Counted from the first letter of the stretch, positions 24,401-33,746 are shown. The stretch is 64,000 bases of DNA from Candidatus Nitrotoga sp. CP45 (GCA_003402375.1 QFXJ01000053.1:4182-68181), one strand, 5' to 3'. Program-made: numbers and translations. The notes: a model not told the origin generated them from the sequence alone.

Positions 24401-25277
24401 ATCATCAAAAGTCGATGCCACATGGGAAAATCTACTCGCATATTTCGATGAAAAGAAAGCCTTGGATGACGCATTGATAGCGTTTTTTAATCGACCTGAG
24501 AATTACAAAGAGTTAGCAAAATACAGATTACAGGAAAGCGAAAAGGCACCAAAAAATCTAATCATGCTTATTTCCAGGCAGATACTTTTGTCTACCGATC
24601 TAATTGATGATAGCTACGGATATCTCATACAGTGCATTCCATACTGGTACAGCGATTTGCCGGGCATTGAGAGGTTAACTAACACCAAAATCAGCCACAT
24701 CATAAGTAACGGCAAACTACAGTTAACTGAGGAGAATTTTAATTCACTTAAGAAGCACTTCAACAGTCAATACGCACGTCTTATTGAGAAGAACATTGAC
24801 AACTATTTGGATAATATCGGCGAGTTTGAATTGGATGCGGTTGGATTAAAAATTATTTTGAAATCCAAAGTTGTTTCTGCTGACCAGAAAATTACCATCC
24901 TGAATAATGTTGATGCTGGCATCATTGTCGAGAATTCCGAATTGACTCTCCTAATCTTTGAAATCTTGCTTAGCAAAGAATCCTGTTCGAAGTTAAATCT
25001 CCCATTGGTAGAGAGTCTTGTTGCACAAGACGTATATATTCATGAAAAGGTTAAGCTCATTGTTAAACAAGCCGAGCACTTAGCTTCACTTGAAATCGAG
25101 AAATTACTAACTCTGAGTGGCCCTCCAATTTCAGGCATACCCAACAATCAGAAGCCCATCGTTGAAAATAACGATATATATAAGCAACTAGCTGAGATGC
25201 TTATTGAAAAGGGAATTCTTTCTTCTGTTAAAGAAGACGATAAGGGCATGATTAGGCTGCATCCAAAGCGAACGTAA
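21477..25277 (+). pseudogene. YobI-like/KAP-type P-loop NTPase (1226 aa if reconstructed), interrupted by a MITE
   Basis: Walker A GPYGSGKS, Walker B VVIEDLDRF, KFFDFIIPIIPVIN, two TM segments. ORFs 21477-23375 and 23448-25277 are in the same frame, separated by a 120-bp insert. Confidence 0.82.
23373..23490. mobile_element. 118-bp MITE with TA duplication (IS630/Tc1-like target)
   Basis: Imperfect TIRs tagactcggcccgatttatccg / cggataaatcaggccggatcaa; TA at 23371-72 and 23491-92. Confidence 0.85.
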
Positions 25278-25404
25278 TAGCAGGGAAAATATTCGGGGAA
25301 AGCAGAGCGCGCGAGTGCGCCACCTTAAGGAACGCCAATTTCCCAAGGAATCGGGCACTCTTCATGGTTTAAGCTATTTATTGGTCACCCATAGGAGAAC
25401 TAAA

Positions 25405-25884
25405 ATGGTCAGCAAGAATACGATTTGTCTTTGGTACAACGGCACCGCAGTAGAAGCCGCGCAGTTCTATGCCGAAACATTCCCGGACAGCGCAGTCGGA
25501 ACGATCCATCGCGCGCCCGGTGACTATCCCGCTGGCAAGCAGGGTGACGTCTTGCTGGTCGAATTTACCGTAATCGGCATCCCTTGTATCGGCCTGAACG
25601 GTGGTCCGGAGTTCAAGCACAATGAGGCTTTCTCCTTCCAGGTTGCGACCGACGACCAGGCCGAAACCGACCGCTTGTGGAATGCGATTGTCAGAAACGG
25701 CGGCCAGGAAAGCGAATGCGGCTGGTGCAAGGACAAGTGGGGCCTGTCGTGGCAGATCACGCCACGCGTCCTCATTGAAGCGATCGCCGATCCTGATCCT
25801 GCGGCAGCCAAGCGCGCTTTCGAGGCGATGATGCAGATGGGAAAAATCGATATCGCTACGATCGAAGCGGCCCGACGCGGTTGA
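25405..25884 (+). CDS. VOC family protein (PhnB / demethylubiquinone methyltransferase-like)
   Basis: KNTICLWY, GLNGGP.FKHNEAFSFQV, CGWCKDKWGLSWQITP; aggag RBS. Confidence 0.9.
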   Translation: MVSKNTICLWYNGTAVEAAQFYAETFPDSAVGTIHRAPGDYPAGKQGDVLLVEFTVIGIPCIGLNGGPEFKHNEAFSFQVATDDQAETDRLWNAIVRNGGQESECGWCKDKWGLSWQITPRVLIEAIADPDPAAAKRAFEAMMQMGKIDIATIEAARRG

Positions 25885-25956
25885 CGCTCATTGATCGTCC
25901 TTTTCTGCTGGCAGTGAGGCTGCTTTGTCCGAGAAGCCGCCATTTCTTTGGATATT

Positions 25957-26166
25957 CACGGCTATGTGTTGCCCTTGAAGCAGTAGCGTCCTCCGATATT
26001 CACGACGAACGCGATTTATCGCATTCACCAGTGATCGCGTTTTGCCAGAGCCAGCACCAGCATAAAGAAAAAAACCTTTGGCTCAGTAAGATTAAGACGA
26101 TGCGTAAATTTCATCGTCTACACCATCATCAACACCATTATCGTCTTGTGGGAGCGCTTCAGTCAT
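25957..26166 (-). pseudogene. 5' remnant of a UvrD/GajB-like SF1 helicase
   Basis: MTEALPQDD..DDEIYA, then (+1 frame) LNLTEPK, then back in frame FFLYAGAGSGKTRSLVNAINR..QHIAV; truncated before the expected TYTN motif. Confidence 0.72.
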
Positions 26167-26188
26167 GGTGTTGCACCTGCATCTTTTT

Positions 26189-26962
26189 TCAAGGTGCTGC
26201 TTTTTTGCGATCCCGTTTGGATTGAACTCGGGCATCAAGGCGAGGCCAATGTTCGGCATGGAATTTTTTATTGGTTATTATTTCTATCGGGGCAGCTCCC
26301 ATGACATCAATTCCCCATTGCGTAAAAACGAACATTCCGGCATCTGAGAGTGCTAGTTTTTCCAGCCATACAACTCGATCTATCAGATAACGGTCGGGGT
26401 TTTTACCGGCGAATCCTGATGCAACATAGTTTTCGAAAAATGCCTTGGCGACCAACACGGCTAAACGTGCTTGCTCAATGCCATTCGTATCGCGCTTGGA
26501 GGATAGACGATGCAGGTTAACGATGCGGCTTTTGAGAACAAGGGTCGGGTGGAGAATGCGTATAAATCCATAGTCGGGGTGTTCAAGCTCGACAGCGCGC
26601 TTTCTGATTTCTTCGTTGGATAGTCCGATCAACATTCCCATGAAGTCAATAAATAGCGTGCGTCCATCTGGTGTTTCGTAAGTAACAATGGCTGTGTTTG
26701 GCGTATGGTCGTCCGGCTCCGGAATGCGGAGTATCCCTTGCAATTCTGTTGCAACGATTCGAGCATCGTGCTTTGTGGCCAAAACATCAGCGTCCTGCGT
26801 GAGATACGGCGTGTCACTCGGAGGTGCGGGAATTTTAAAATAATCGACCCAGAATGTTAGGGACTGCCCCCCAACCAGGATGGCTGGCTGAGTTGCCTTC
26901 TGGAGCGCGTGGAAAAATTCTGGTAGGTCGCTCGGCTGGAACCAATCGTAACCGGCAACCAC
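26189..26962 (-). CDS. Predicted Pol-beta-superfamily nucleotidyltransferase (AbiEii/MenT-like)
   Basis: ILVGGQSL..W ... TQDADV motif and a later IDF acidic strand. Confidence 0.6.
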   Translation of the reverse strand: MVAGYDWFQPSDLPEFFHALQKATQPAILVGGQSLTFWVDYFKIPAPPSDTPYLTQDADVLATKHDARIVATELQGILRIPEPDDHTPNTAIVTYETPDGRTLFIDFMGMLIGLSNEEIRKRAVELEHPDYGFIRILHPTLVLKSRIVNLHRLSSKRDTNGIEQARLAVLVAKAFFENYVASGFAGKNPDRYLIDRVVWLEKLALSDAGMFVFTQWGIDVMGAAPIEIITNKKFHAEHWPRLDARVQSKRDRKKAAP

Positions 26963-26965
26963 GGT

Positions 26966-27205
26966 TTAACCAGGCATGCGAACGATGCGGAATTCGGCAG
27001 GATTGACATTTGAAATGAGCTTCGCCTGAGACACGGCTTTCGCAACAGGCAAGTGGCTGACTTTCTTGCTAAAAGCAGCTTGGCGAGCTGCTTTGCTGTA
27101 AGAGGGTTTTGCCGCTACTACTTTTGCAAGATGCACAGAGCCGCGCGCGCCTGCCTTCACAGGCTTTTCTTTATTCTCAACCGCATTGGCAAGTGCTCTT
27201 TTCAT
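26966..27205 (-). CDS. Small basic hypothetical protein (79 aa)
   Basis: Ala/Lys-rich ORF ending 3 bp before the NTase start. Confidence 0.55.
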   Translation of the reverse strand: MKRALANAVENKEKPVKAGARGSVHLAKVVAAKPSYSKAARQAAFSKKVSHLPVAKAVSQAKLISNVNPAEFRIVRMPG

Positions 27206-27241
27206 AACGGCATCCTAGCACGTTAAGTCTGAATCCTTCAA

Positions 27242-27379
27242 TACATCCCAGTGGGCGAAGTGTGGGAAGTCGGGGCACGCATTACCATCTCGGTATCCAG
27301 CATCCAACGTCACGGGGTGATGCGCAGGGACAGGAATTCGCCGAATTACACCATCTTTGCTTTGCAGACGCTCGATTGA
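27242..27379 (+). pseudogene. Orphan 3' gene fragment (unidentified)
   Basis: Open frame YIPVGEVWEVGARITISVSSIQRHGVMRRDRNSPNYTIFALQTLD* with an in-frame stop just upstream and no start; its stop lies in the first bases of the 205-bp repeat. Confidence 0.4.
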
Positions 27380-27575
27380 TAAAGCCCCAAAAACATGGAC
27401 GGTCTGAGGAAGTCAAAAACAAAACCACCAATCGAGTTTGTTCCCAATGATTTTTCCAAAGGCATTTGAATAAAATCGCTGGATTCCCGTCTGCGCGGGA
27501 ATGACGAGGTCTTGCAATATCGGCCATTCTGGGTTGAACCACCACGCCACTTGAGGCAAGATGCGTCCTCAACGA
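27371..27575 (+). repeat. ~205-bp direct repeat, copy 1 (contains a ggattcccg..gcgggaatgac REP-type hairpin)
   Basis: Aligns over its full length with 28429-28630. Confidence 0.92.
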
Positions 27576-27719
27576 TTCGCCAAAAAATAGCAACTTCGAA
27601 CAAGCGAGGTTGCAATGCATGAAAATAATAGTCAGTTTGATGTTGGGGGTATGTACTTGCATTTTTATGCAGCTGCGTCGTAGAATGTGACTACTATTTT
27701 AGTCATAAAGGATTTTAAA

Positions 27720-27956
27720 ATGCATGCAATGAGTTTGGCTCAAGCCAAAGCGCACTTGAGCGAGTTGCTGAATGCCGTTGAATCCGGTGAGGAGGTTGTT
27801 ATTACTCGTCACGGTCGTCCTGTTGCAAGGGTGGTGCCTGCCAGTCCGCTCAAGCAGCCCTTGCCGGTGCAGCGACTGGCAGAGCTTCGCCATCAGGTGC
27901 CCGCATGGAAAAATAGCAGTGCCGAGTCGCTACGTGAGCTGCGTGACGCAGAATGA
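27720..27956 (+). CDS. Phd/YefM family antitoxin
   Basis: MSLAQAKAHLSELLNAVESGEEVVITRHGRPVARVVP. Confidence 0.92.
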   Translation: MHAMSLAQAKAHLSELLNAVESGEEVVITRHGRPVARVVPASPLKQPLPVQRLAELRHQVPAWKNSSAESLRELRDAE

Positions 27957-28384
27957 TTTATCTGGACACCAGTTTCCTGACACCGCTGTTTCGGGAGGAG
28001 GCCACTTCCGCGAAGATTGCGGATTTTCTTTCTCGTCAAGCGGTGGGAACGCTGGCAGTCAGTAAATGGGCATCTGTCGAATTTGCTAGCCTGATTTCTC
28101 GCGATGTACGCATGGGAACGCTAACAGCAAGCCAAGGGAAGCATTTAATTGCGGAGTTTTGTTCGGTAGTTACTACCTCTCTAATTGTCCTTATTCCAAG
28201 TGCCAATGATTTCGATCTGGCACAGGAATATGTAGCTCACTTTGCCACCCAGCTACGCGGCCCGGATGCCTTGCACCTGGCAGTGGCGCATAACAACGGG
28301 GTGGCGTTCACCGCCACCTTGGACGAAGAAATGCTCTCCGCTGCGAAAAAACTGAAAATCCCGGCACGGCGGGTGATTCGCTAG
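27953..28384 (+). CDS. vapC: VapC family PIN-domain toxin
   Basis: MIYLDTS, LRGPDALHLAVA, TLDEEM; ATGA overlap with the antitoxin. Confidence 0.9.
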   Translation: MIYLDTSFLTPLFREEATSAKIADFLSRQAVGTLAVSKWASVEFASLISRDVRMGTLTASQGKHLIAEFCSVVTTSLIVLIPSANDFDLAQEYVAHFATQLRGPDALHLAVAHNNGVAFTATLDEEMLSAAKKLKIPARRVIR

Positions 28385-28428
28385 GCTTTCCCACCTTGCG
28401 GTTCGCTGGTTTGGGTCAATAGGGTCGA

Positions 28429-28630
28429 CTCGATTGATAAAGCCCAATACACATGGCCGGTCTGGGGAAGTCAAAAAAACCACCAATCGAGTATGTCTTC
28501 ATTGATTTTTCCAAAGGCATTTGAATAGAATCGCTGGATTCCCGCCTGCGTGGGAATGACAAGGTCTTGCAATATCGGCCATTCCGGGTTGAACCACCAC
28601 GCCACTTGAGGCAAGATGCGCCTTCAACGA
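28429..28630 (+). repeat. ~202-bp direct repeat, copy 2 (upstream region of the yebC paralog)
   Basis: Aligns with 27371-27575. Confidence 0.92.
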
Positions 28631-28663
28631 GTTTTGTATCAACCATCACAGAAGAGAACAGAC

Positions 28664-29368
28664 ATGGGCGCACAGTGGAAAGCAAGGCACAAAGAAGTCG
28701 CAGCGAATGCAAGGGGTAAGATTTTCGGCAAGCTGGCCAAAGAAATCATGGTGGCCGCAAAGGGCGGTGCTGACATTGGCTCAAACTCACGTTTGCGTCT
28801 GGTGGTTGAGCAAGCCAAAAAAGTCTCTATGCCGAAAGAGACCTTGGATCGCGCCATCAAGAAAGGTGCAGGCTTGTTGGATGGTCCGCTTCACATGGAA
28901 CATCTGGTGTACGAAGGTTTCGCGCCGCACCGTGTACCGGTCATCGTTGAATGTCTGTCCGATAACACCAACCGCACTAAAGCCAGCATGAATGTGTTGT
29001 TCCGCAAAGGACAGTTGGGTGCGCCCGGCTCTGTGTCATGGGACTTCGACCATGTCGGCATGATCGAAGCGACACCGAATACGAAAGATGGTGATGCCGA
29101 AGTCGCCGCAATCGAAGCGGGCGCGCAAGACTTTGAGCCTGCGGATGAAGGTGCGACTCTGTTTATCACCGAGTTCACCGATCTGGATGCCGTGTGCAAA
29201 GCGCTACCCGCACAAGGCTTCACCGTCACCTCCGCAATGGTTGGCTATCGCCCCAAAAATCCCGTCACCCTCAGCAACGATGCCGAACGTGAAGAGGTCG
29301 AAGCCTTCCTCGAAGCCATCGATGCGGATGATGACGTGCAGAATGTTTATGTGGGGTTGGCGGGGTAG
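28664..29368 (+). CDS. YebC/PmpR family protein (second paralog, MGAQWK type)
   Basis: [49 protein letters not shown]. Confidence 0.92.
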   Translation: MGAQWKARHKEVAANARGKIFGKLAKEIMVAAKGGADIGSNSRLRLVVEQAKKVSMPKETLDRAIKKGAGLLDGPLHMEHLVYEGFAPHRVPVIVECLSDNTNRTKASMNVLFRKGQLGAPGSVSWDFDHVGMIEATPNTKDGDAEVAAIEAGAQDFEPADEGATLFITEFTDLDAVCKALPAQGFTVTSAMVGYRPKNPVTLSNDAEREEVEAFLEAIDADDDVQNVYVGLAG

Positions 29369-29393
29369 CACTGAAGGGCGGCCTGCGCTTATA

Positions 29394-29573
29394 GGGCACC
29401 TCTAAATATTCAGATTTGCGAGCATCCCCTTCGGGGATTGCCTGCTTAACCCGTCTCGTCACAATATGGCGTACTCGAAAAAAATTATCACTTATATATC
29501 AACTATATGTCGTGCTCAAATTTTTTGCTCATACCTTACTCTTGCTTAAAAACTTGAATTTTTAGGGGTGCCC
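29394..29573. mobile_element. 180-bp MITE, copy 3 (141-bp family plus ~39-bp insert)
   Basis: TIRs gggcacctctaaatatt / aatttttaggggtgccc; TATA direct repeats at 29390-93 and 29574-77. Confidence 0.85.
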
Positions 29574-29589
29574 TATAGACCCTGAATTG

Positions 29590-30360
29590 CTACTTGTCTG
29601 TCGGTTTTGTCATCTTCCGTTCTATTCGCTTACTATGTTGTTCTAAATTATCACTTAATTGGCTGATAATTTCCGAAGCGGCACTAATAATTTGATTTGC
29701 GCCAAATCCTCCCCGGGCCATTTCTTTGTAAAAGGATTTTGCATATATTTTCGCCACTTGATCAGGATTGTGGAAAGCACTGCCCAACGATGCACCCATA
29801 TTATTTTTTGCCTCTTGGGCCAGTGCCAGTTGGGCAAAACGTGAATTCAGAATGCTCTGCAATTGGATTGACTGGATCGACTTACCGATGAATAAAGCAA
29901 CCACATTGAGAAGATTTAAATCAACCAGATTGAATGCACAATCACGCATATGGCCACTTACGTTTACTACACCTACAATTTGCCCACCAATGGTAATAGG
30001 CGAAGAAATCAGGCTTTTACATGGTTCATTTGCACGTCGAGCCAATTTGGCAAATGCTGAGCAATTAATATCTTCAATCAACAAAGGTTGGCCGGTTGCA
30101 ATCACATGCCCAGCAATACCATCGCCCTTCCCTATCAATTCTTTATAAGCAGCAGCCGGCATTGGGCCGTAGCTGGCGCAAACACTCATCAGCAAATTAT
30201 CGGCTGTGCCATCATTGAGCAGCATGATTGAGCAATTTATGGCGCTTAATATTTTTGCCGTCATTTCAGCAAGTTGCGTAAGATTGTCGTCAAGATTGTC
30301 CTTTTCCAGAAAACTGGACAAATCCTGAAGCTTGATCAACGGAGTTTCTACATCGCCCAT
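29590..30360 (-). CDS. GAF domain protein without output domain
   Basis: CSIMLL, GDGIAGHVIATGQPLLIEDI, SLISSPITIGGQIVGVVNV, F..VDLNLL. Confidence 0.82.
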   Translation of the reverse strand: MGDVETPLIKLQDLSSFLEKDNLDDNLTQLAEMTAKILSAINCSIMLLNDGTADNLLMSVCASYGPMPAAAYKELIGKGDGIAGHVIATGQPLLIEDINCSAFAKLARRANEPCKSLISSPITIGGQIVGVVNVSGHMRDCAFNLVDLNLLNVVALFIGKSIQSIQLQSILNSRFAQLALAQEAKNNMGASLGSAFHNPDQVAKIYAKSFYKEMARGGFGANQIISAASEIISQLSDNLEQHSKRIERKMTKPTDK

Positions 30361-30483
30361 TATGAGATTATCCTTAACCTTCACCGTTTTATTAGACAGC
30401 CAAGTGCCCACATTTTTACTGATCCAAGCGCAAAAGCGTTAGCAGTTTAACATCGCAAAATAATCAGCAGTGCCCAAAAACAA

Positions 30484-31560
30484 TCATTCAGGCTTAGGTG
30501 AAATAAAAGCCTTGTGAAAAAGATGACGTGCAAGAAGAAAGGACGGCATACGCAGCCAGGTTGCGCGTACATACAGTATCTGCCGTGCGGTACCAGTCAA
30601 CCAATCAGAGCAGCTCTTGTGGGCAGGCAGGAGGGCGCGCTCGAAAAGTTGATCTGTAAAAAACAAGGTTAGCGGGTTGGGGCGACCATTTTGAGTGGCT
30701 TTCATCATGCCTGAAGGAACGGGCGTATTCAAAAAATGTACAGCATAGCGCAAGGCGTAAAAAAGTGGTCGCATCAACCCAAGCTCGTGTGCCCGCACGG
30801 ATAAATCTGTCCAAAATGTTGGCAACCTACTGAAATGACGTAACAAACTATCAATATCAACCAAATCCCGCAGCCCCTGATCCAGTTGATCGTTATGGAA
30901 TAAGTGGACAGCACTGTGAAGCACCATATCGACCGGGGCAAATATCTTCACATCATCATAGCCATCAAGTAACTGCGCTGCAGCCAAAAGCTTTGCCGAA
31001 TCAGGGTGAAGCGCTGCTGTTTCCGGCAAAATCGCATGATGCACGTCGATAACGGTCATCCGTTTAATATGCTGCATAGGCGGCAATTCATGCATCCATG
31101 TACGATAGTAACGCTGGTCATAAGCATCGTGATGCGTCGCCGCCCAACCATGAAGCATCAAGGCGGCTTCTACAACACTGAGACTATCTTTAGGCACAAT
31201 AATGTCAATATCAGAGAATAGTCTTCCCTTGGCGGACGGCAGTTTTGCCATTACATAAGCAGCGCCTTTGAGGAGAACGACTGGCACACCTACTTTTTCC
31301 AATGCCTTTCGAATTTGGGTTATTTCCCAATGAACAGCTTGAATATGCTTTTCAGAGATTACGCGTGACCACTCCAGGTGTTGGCGGGGTTTTGGCGGTA
31401 CCTGTTCGAGTAAGCTGCGTTCGTCTAATAAAAGGCAAATACGTGCCAACAGATTCGCGCGGCGTGCTTGGCGTATGAGCAAATCCCAATCTAGCAGACT
31501 TAGGGAAATCAATGCTTCTGGCTCTCGGAGCGCTTGTAATATTAAGTAATTGGGGATCAC
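30484..31560 (-). CDS. Nucleotidyltransferase family protein (NTP_transf_5-like)
   Basis: VVLLKGAAY ... GRLFSDIDIIV, IDVHH motifs. Confidence 0.85.
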   Translation of the reverse strand: MIPNYLILQALREPEALISLSLLDWDLLIRQARRANLLARICLLLDERSLLEQVPPKPRQHLEWSRVISEKHIQAVHWEITQIRKALEKVGVPVVLLKGAAYVMAKLPSAKGRLFSDIDIIVPKDSLSVVEAALMLHGWAATHHDAYDQRYYRTWMHELPPMQHIKRMTVIDVHHAILPETAALHPDSAKLLAAAQLLDGYDDVKIFAPVDMVLHSAVHLFHNDQLDQGLRDLVDIDSLLRHFSRLPTFWTDLSVRAHELGLMRPLFYALRYAVHFLNTPVPSGMMKATQNGRPNPLTLFFTDQLFERALLPAHKSCSDWLTGTARQILYVRATWLRMPSFLLARHLFHKAFISPKPE

Positions 31561-31690
31561 ATTGGGTATTTATGTCAAATATAATGTGATGATTCGTTTT
31601 GCCACCACCCAATTCATCTTCACCAGAACGGGCAGGAATTCGAGTCACTTTCTCTAAAGGGGAGGCTGGGGCAACCTGTTTGTAAATATC

Positions 31691-32635
31691 CTATAATTCA
31701 TTAGCATACGTATGATTATTATGGGAGGCTTGCGGCTTCAGGGCACCAAATATTTCAATGGCATCATCCAATTTGCTGTACGTAAAATCATAACACAGAG
31801 ATGCATCGATCAAATTTGTCATGGCCTTAAAGCCCTGGAGTCCAAGAAGACTGTAATTAAACGAGTTATCAGCAACCCGCATGAAAGCGCGGGATTGAGG
31901 CAGTGTCTCCAAACACGCCGTAGCACCAGCCTGATATTTTGGAAAAATAACCCACGCAAGCTGCACGGCCTCTGCAGCGCGAGCGATACTATCAGCCGGT
32001 GCTTTCATGTGGGCGACCGTGCCTTTTATCGTATCCGCCACCTTACGGCTGAAAATCGCATTGGGTTCATAACGCCTGATGATCTCGATAGATTCGTTTT
32101 TTAAACTAACGGGACGCGGAAGCGGGATAAGTTTCCCATCACTAACACGAATCAACGCAAGCTCATCAGACAGCAATCTCCATCCGCGGTTTACCAAAGC
32201 TGCACATAAAGTGCTTTTACCCGAGCCTGGAGGAGCGGGCATAATCGCGGCAAAACCACCTTTTTCAACTACTGCCGCATGAATCATCAAACAGTGATTA
32301 ACATGGGTTGATACGCACCAATTAAGTCCCCACTCCAACATGGGAAATGCTTGATCTAACGGCAGAGGTTTAAATATGGTGTTTCCGTCAAATAAAAACA
32401 ACGCCTGTGGCTTAAACCATCGCCGTAGGTTACGTGGACGCGTAAGACTAATGTGAAAATCCGCAAAACAATCTTGCTCGACCAAAGGATAATCGGCATA
32501 AAGCAAACCGATACCTTCAGCCACACTGGGAATCGTAGTTTTCAGGTGCGTGGTAAAAGAGCCGGTTTGCAGATATATCCCCGCCGTTTTAAGACGGAGC
32601 TTAAGTTCTGATGGCGTTAATGCAGAAACATTCAA
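31691..32635 (-). CDS. HprK-related kinase A
   Basis: MLEWGLNWC, IHAAVVEK, Walker A APPGSGKST, LLSDE, PRPVSLKN, KGTVAHMK. Confidence 0.88.
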   Translation of the reverse strand: MNVSALTPSELKLRLKTAGIYLQTGSFTTHLKTTIPSVAEGIGLLYADYPLVEQDCFADFHISLTRPRNLRRWFKPQALFLFDGNTIFKPLPLDQAFPMLEWGLNWCVSTHVNHCLMIHAAVVEKGGFAAIMPAPPGSGKSTLCAALVNRGWRLLSDELALIRVSDGKLIPLPRPVSLKNESIEIIRRYEPNAIFSRKVADTIKGTVAHMKAPADSIARAAEAVQLAWVIFPKYQAGATACLETLPQSRAFMRVADNSFNYSLLGLQGFKAMTNLIDASLCYDFTYSKLDDAIEIFGALKPQASHNNHTYANEL

Positions 32636-32637
32636 AA

Positions 32638-32916
32638 TCAGCTAAATTCTATCAGTCCAAGCGTATTAAGCTCATTAAGGAGATGGTCAATTTGGAATGA
32701 AAATTCCTTATCCGTTACATTTTCGGCTTGCAGCCGCCGGGCAAGTGCTTCAGTCAAGAGTAACGCATTTAATGACGATTGCCGTAATTCCAACAGCACC
32801 TGAGCAGCTACCGAACCAAGCAGATGGGTATCTCCCGAAAGATTATTATAAAATACCCATTCATCGTCCCATGAGCAGTAGCTAATTGCCTGACTGGAAG
32901 TTAAGCGCCATTCCAT
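32638..32916 (-). CDS. PqqD-family RiPP recognition element (HPr-rel-A type)
   Basis: WDDEWVFYNNLSGDTHLL..VAAQVL..L ... LLNEL..LGLIE; 92 aa, directly before the kinase. Confidence 0.82.
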   Translation of the reverse strand: MEWRLTSSQAISYCSWDDEWVFYNNLSGDTHLLGSVAAQVLLELRQSSLNALLLTEALARRLQAENVTDKEFSFQIDHLLNELNTLGLIEFS

Positions 32917-32972
32917 TTTTAATTAGCATATTTAAGGGAAAAATAAGACTGGCATAGGGTTATTGCGACAAA

Positions 32973-33746
32973 TCAATTAGCTCCAGTTTGTTTTAAATAA
33001 TCGATAATTTGTGCGGCACTCCAATCTACATTGGCAGTGGGAGAAAAAGCACCACGACTCTGCCACTCATCGAACATCGATTGAATTGTAGCTGGAGGCA
33101 AATAAGGAGTATCTCCATTTCTTGCACGATACAATGCTTTTACAAGATGTTGTAATAACACCTGCGTTTCAGAAGAAGGGAGATCCGGAGGTGCAACTAT
33201 AGTAGTAGGCGTTGGCGACGTATTATTCTTTGAGCCCTTGCCTTTTTGCGTAAGATAATTTGAACCTGATGAATTGCGAGTCCCCATCATGTAGCTCGCA
33301 GCTCCTAATTTACTCTTGGCCACTTGCACTGAAGAATCTACATTTGCAGTCTGAGGCTCTGTCCAAACATTTGCCATTATATCTACGCAACGTCTATTAT
33401 TATAGGACGTATTTGATAGACTTGACATTGGAAACGCCTCTATAAATTTTTCGTCTGGGTTTATGGCAGATTTAAAGCCTGATATGACTGCGGGAGGGCA
33501 AGCACCATGGTGGCTGGTATTGCCTGATACAAATCCAGATGGTGTCGAACAAAAGGCCTCACCCAGTACTGGTCGGCTCGCAAGAGTTAAAATAATCCCT
33601 GATACCGCTAAACCAGACGTCGCAAACTGCCTCCGGGATTCGCCTGAAAACTTTATCTGATCAGCGGCATCATGAGGTAGCTGTTGTTTTTCCAACCCAT
33701 CACTTTTATCCACATTGACGGCCATAATATAATCATCCTTTTTCAT
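32973..33746 (-). CDS. Putative Tat-exported protein heading the kinase/RRE operon
   Basis: Acidic leader, SRRQF twin-Arg, hydrophobic stretch ending LASRPVLG, then CSTPSGFVSGNTS. Start 33746 or 33725. Confidence 0.65.
   Translation of the reverse strand: MKKDDYIMAVNVDKSDGLEKQQLPHDAADQIKFSGESRRQFATSGLAVSGIILTLASRPVLGEAFCSTPSGFVSGNTSHHGACPPAVISGFKSAINPDEKFIEAFPMSSLSNTSYNNRRCVDIMANVWTEPQTANVDSSVQVAKSKLGAASYMMGTRNSSGSNYLTQKGKGSKNNTSPTPTTIVAPPDLPSSETQVLLQHLVKALYRARNGDTPYLPPATIQSMFDEWQSRGAFSPTANVDWSAAQIIDYLKQTGAN

Noticed and set aside
23448-25277. Independent 609-aa gene
   Set aside because: Its start lies inside the MITE; it is the C-terminal half of the interrupted NTPase.
28416-28712. Small antisense ORFs over the direct repeats (also 27282-27662) and other shadow ORFs in the track
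   Set aside because: They are translations of repeat DNA or of the opposite strand of well-supported genes, with no motifs or RBS.
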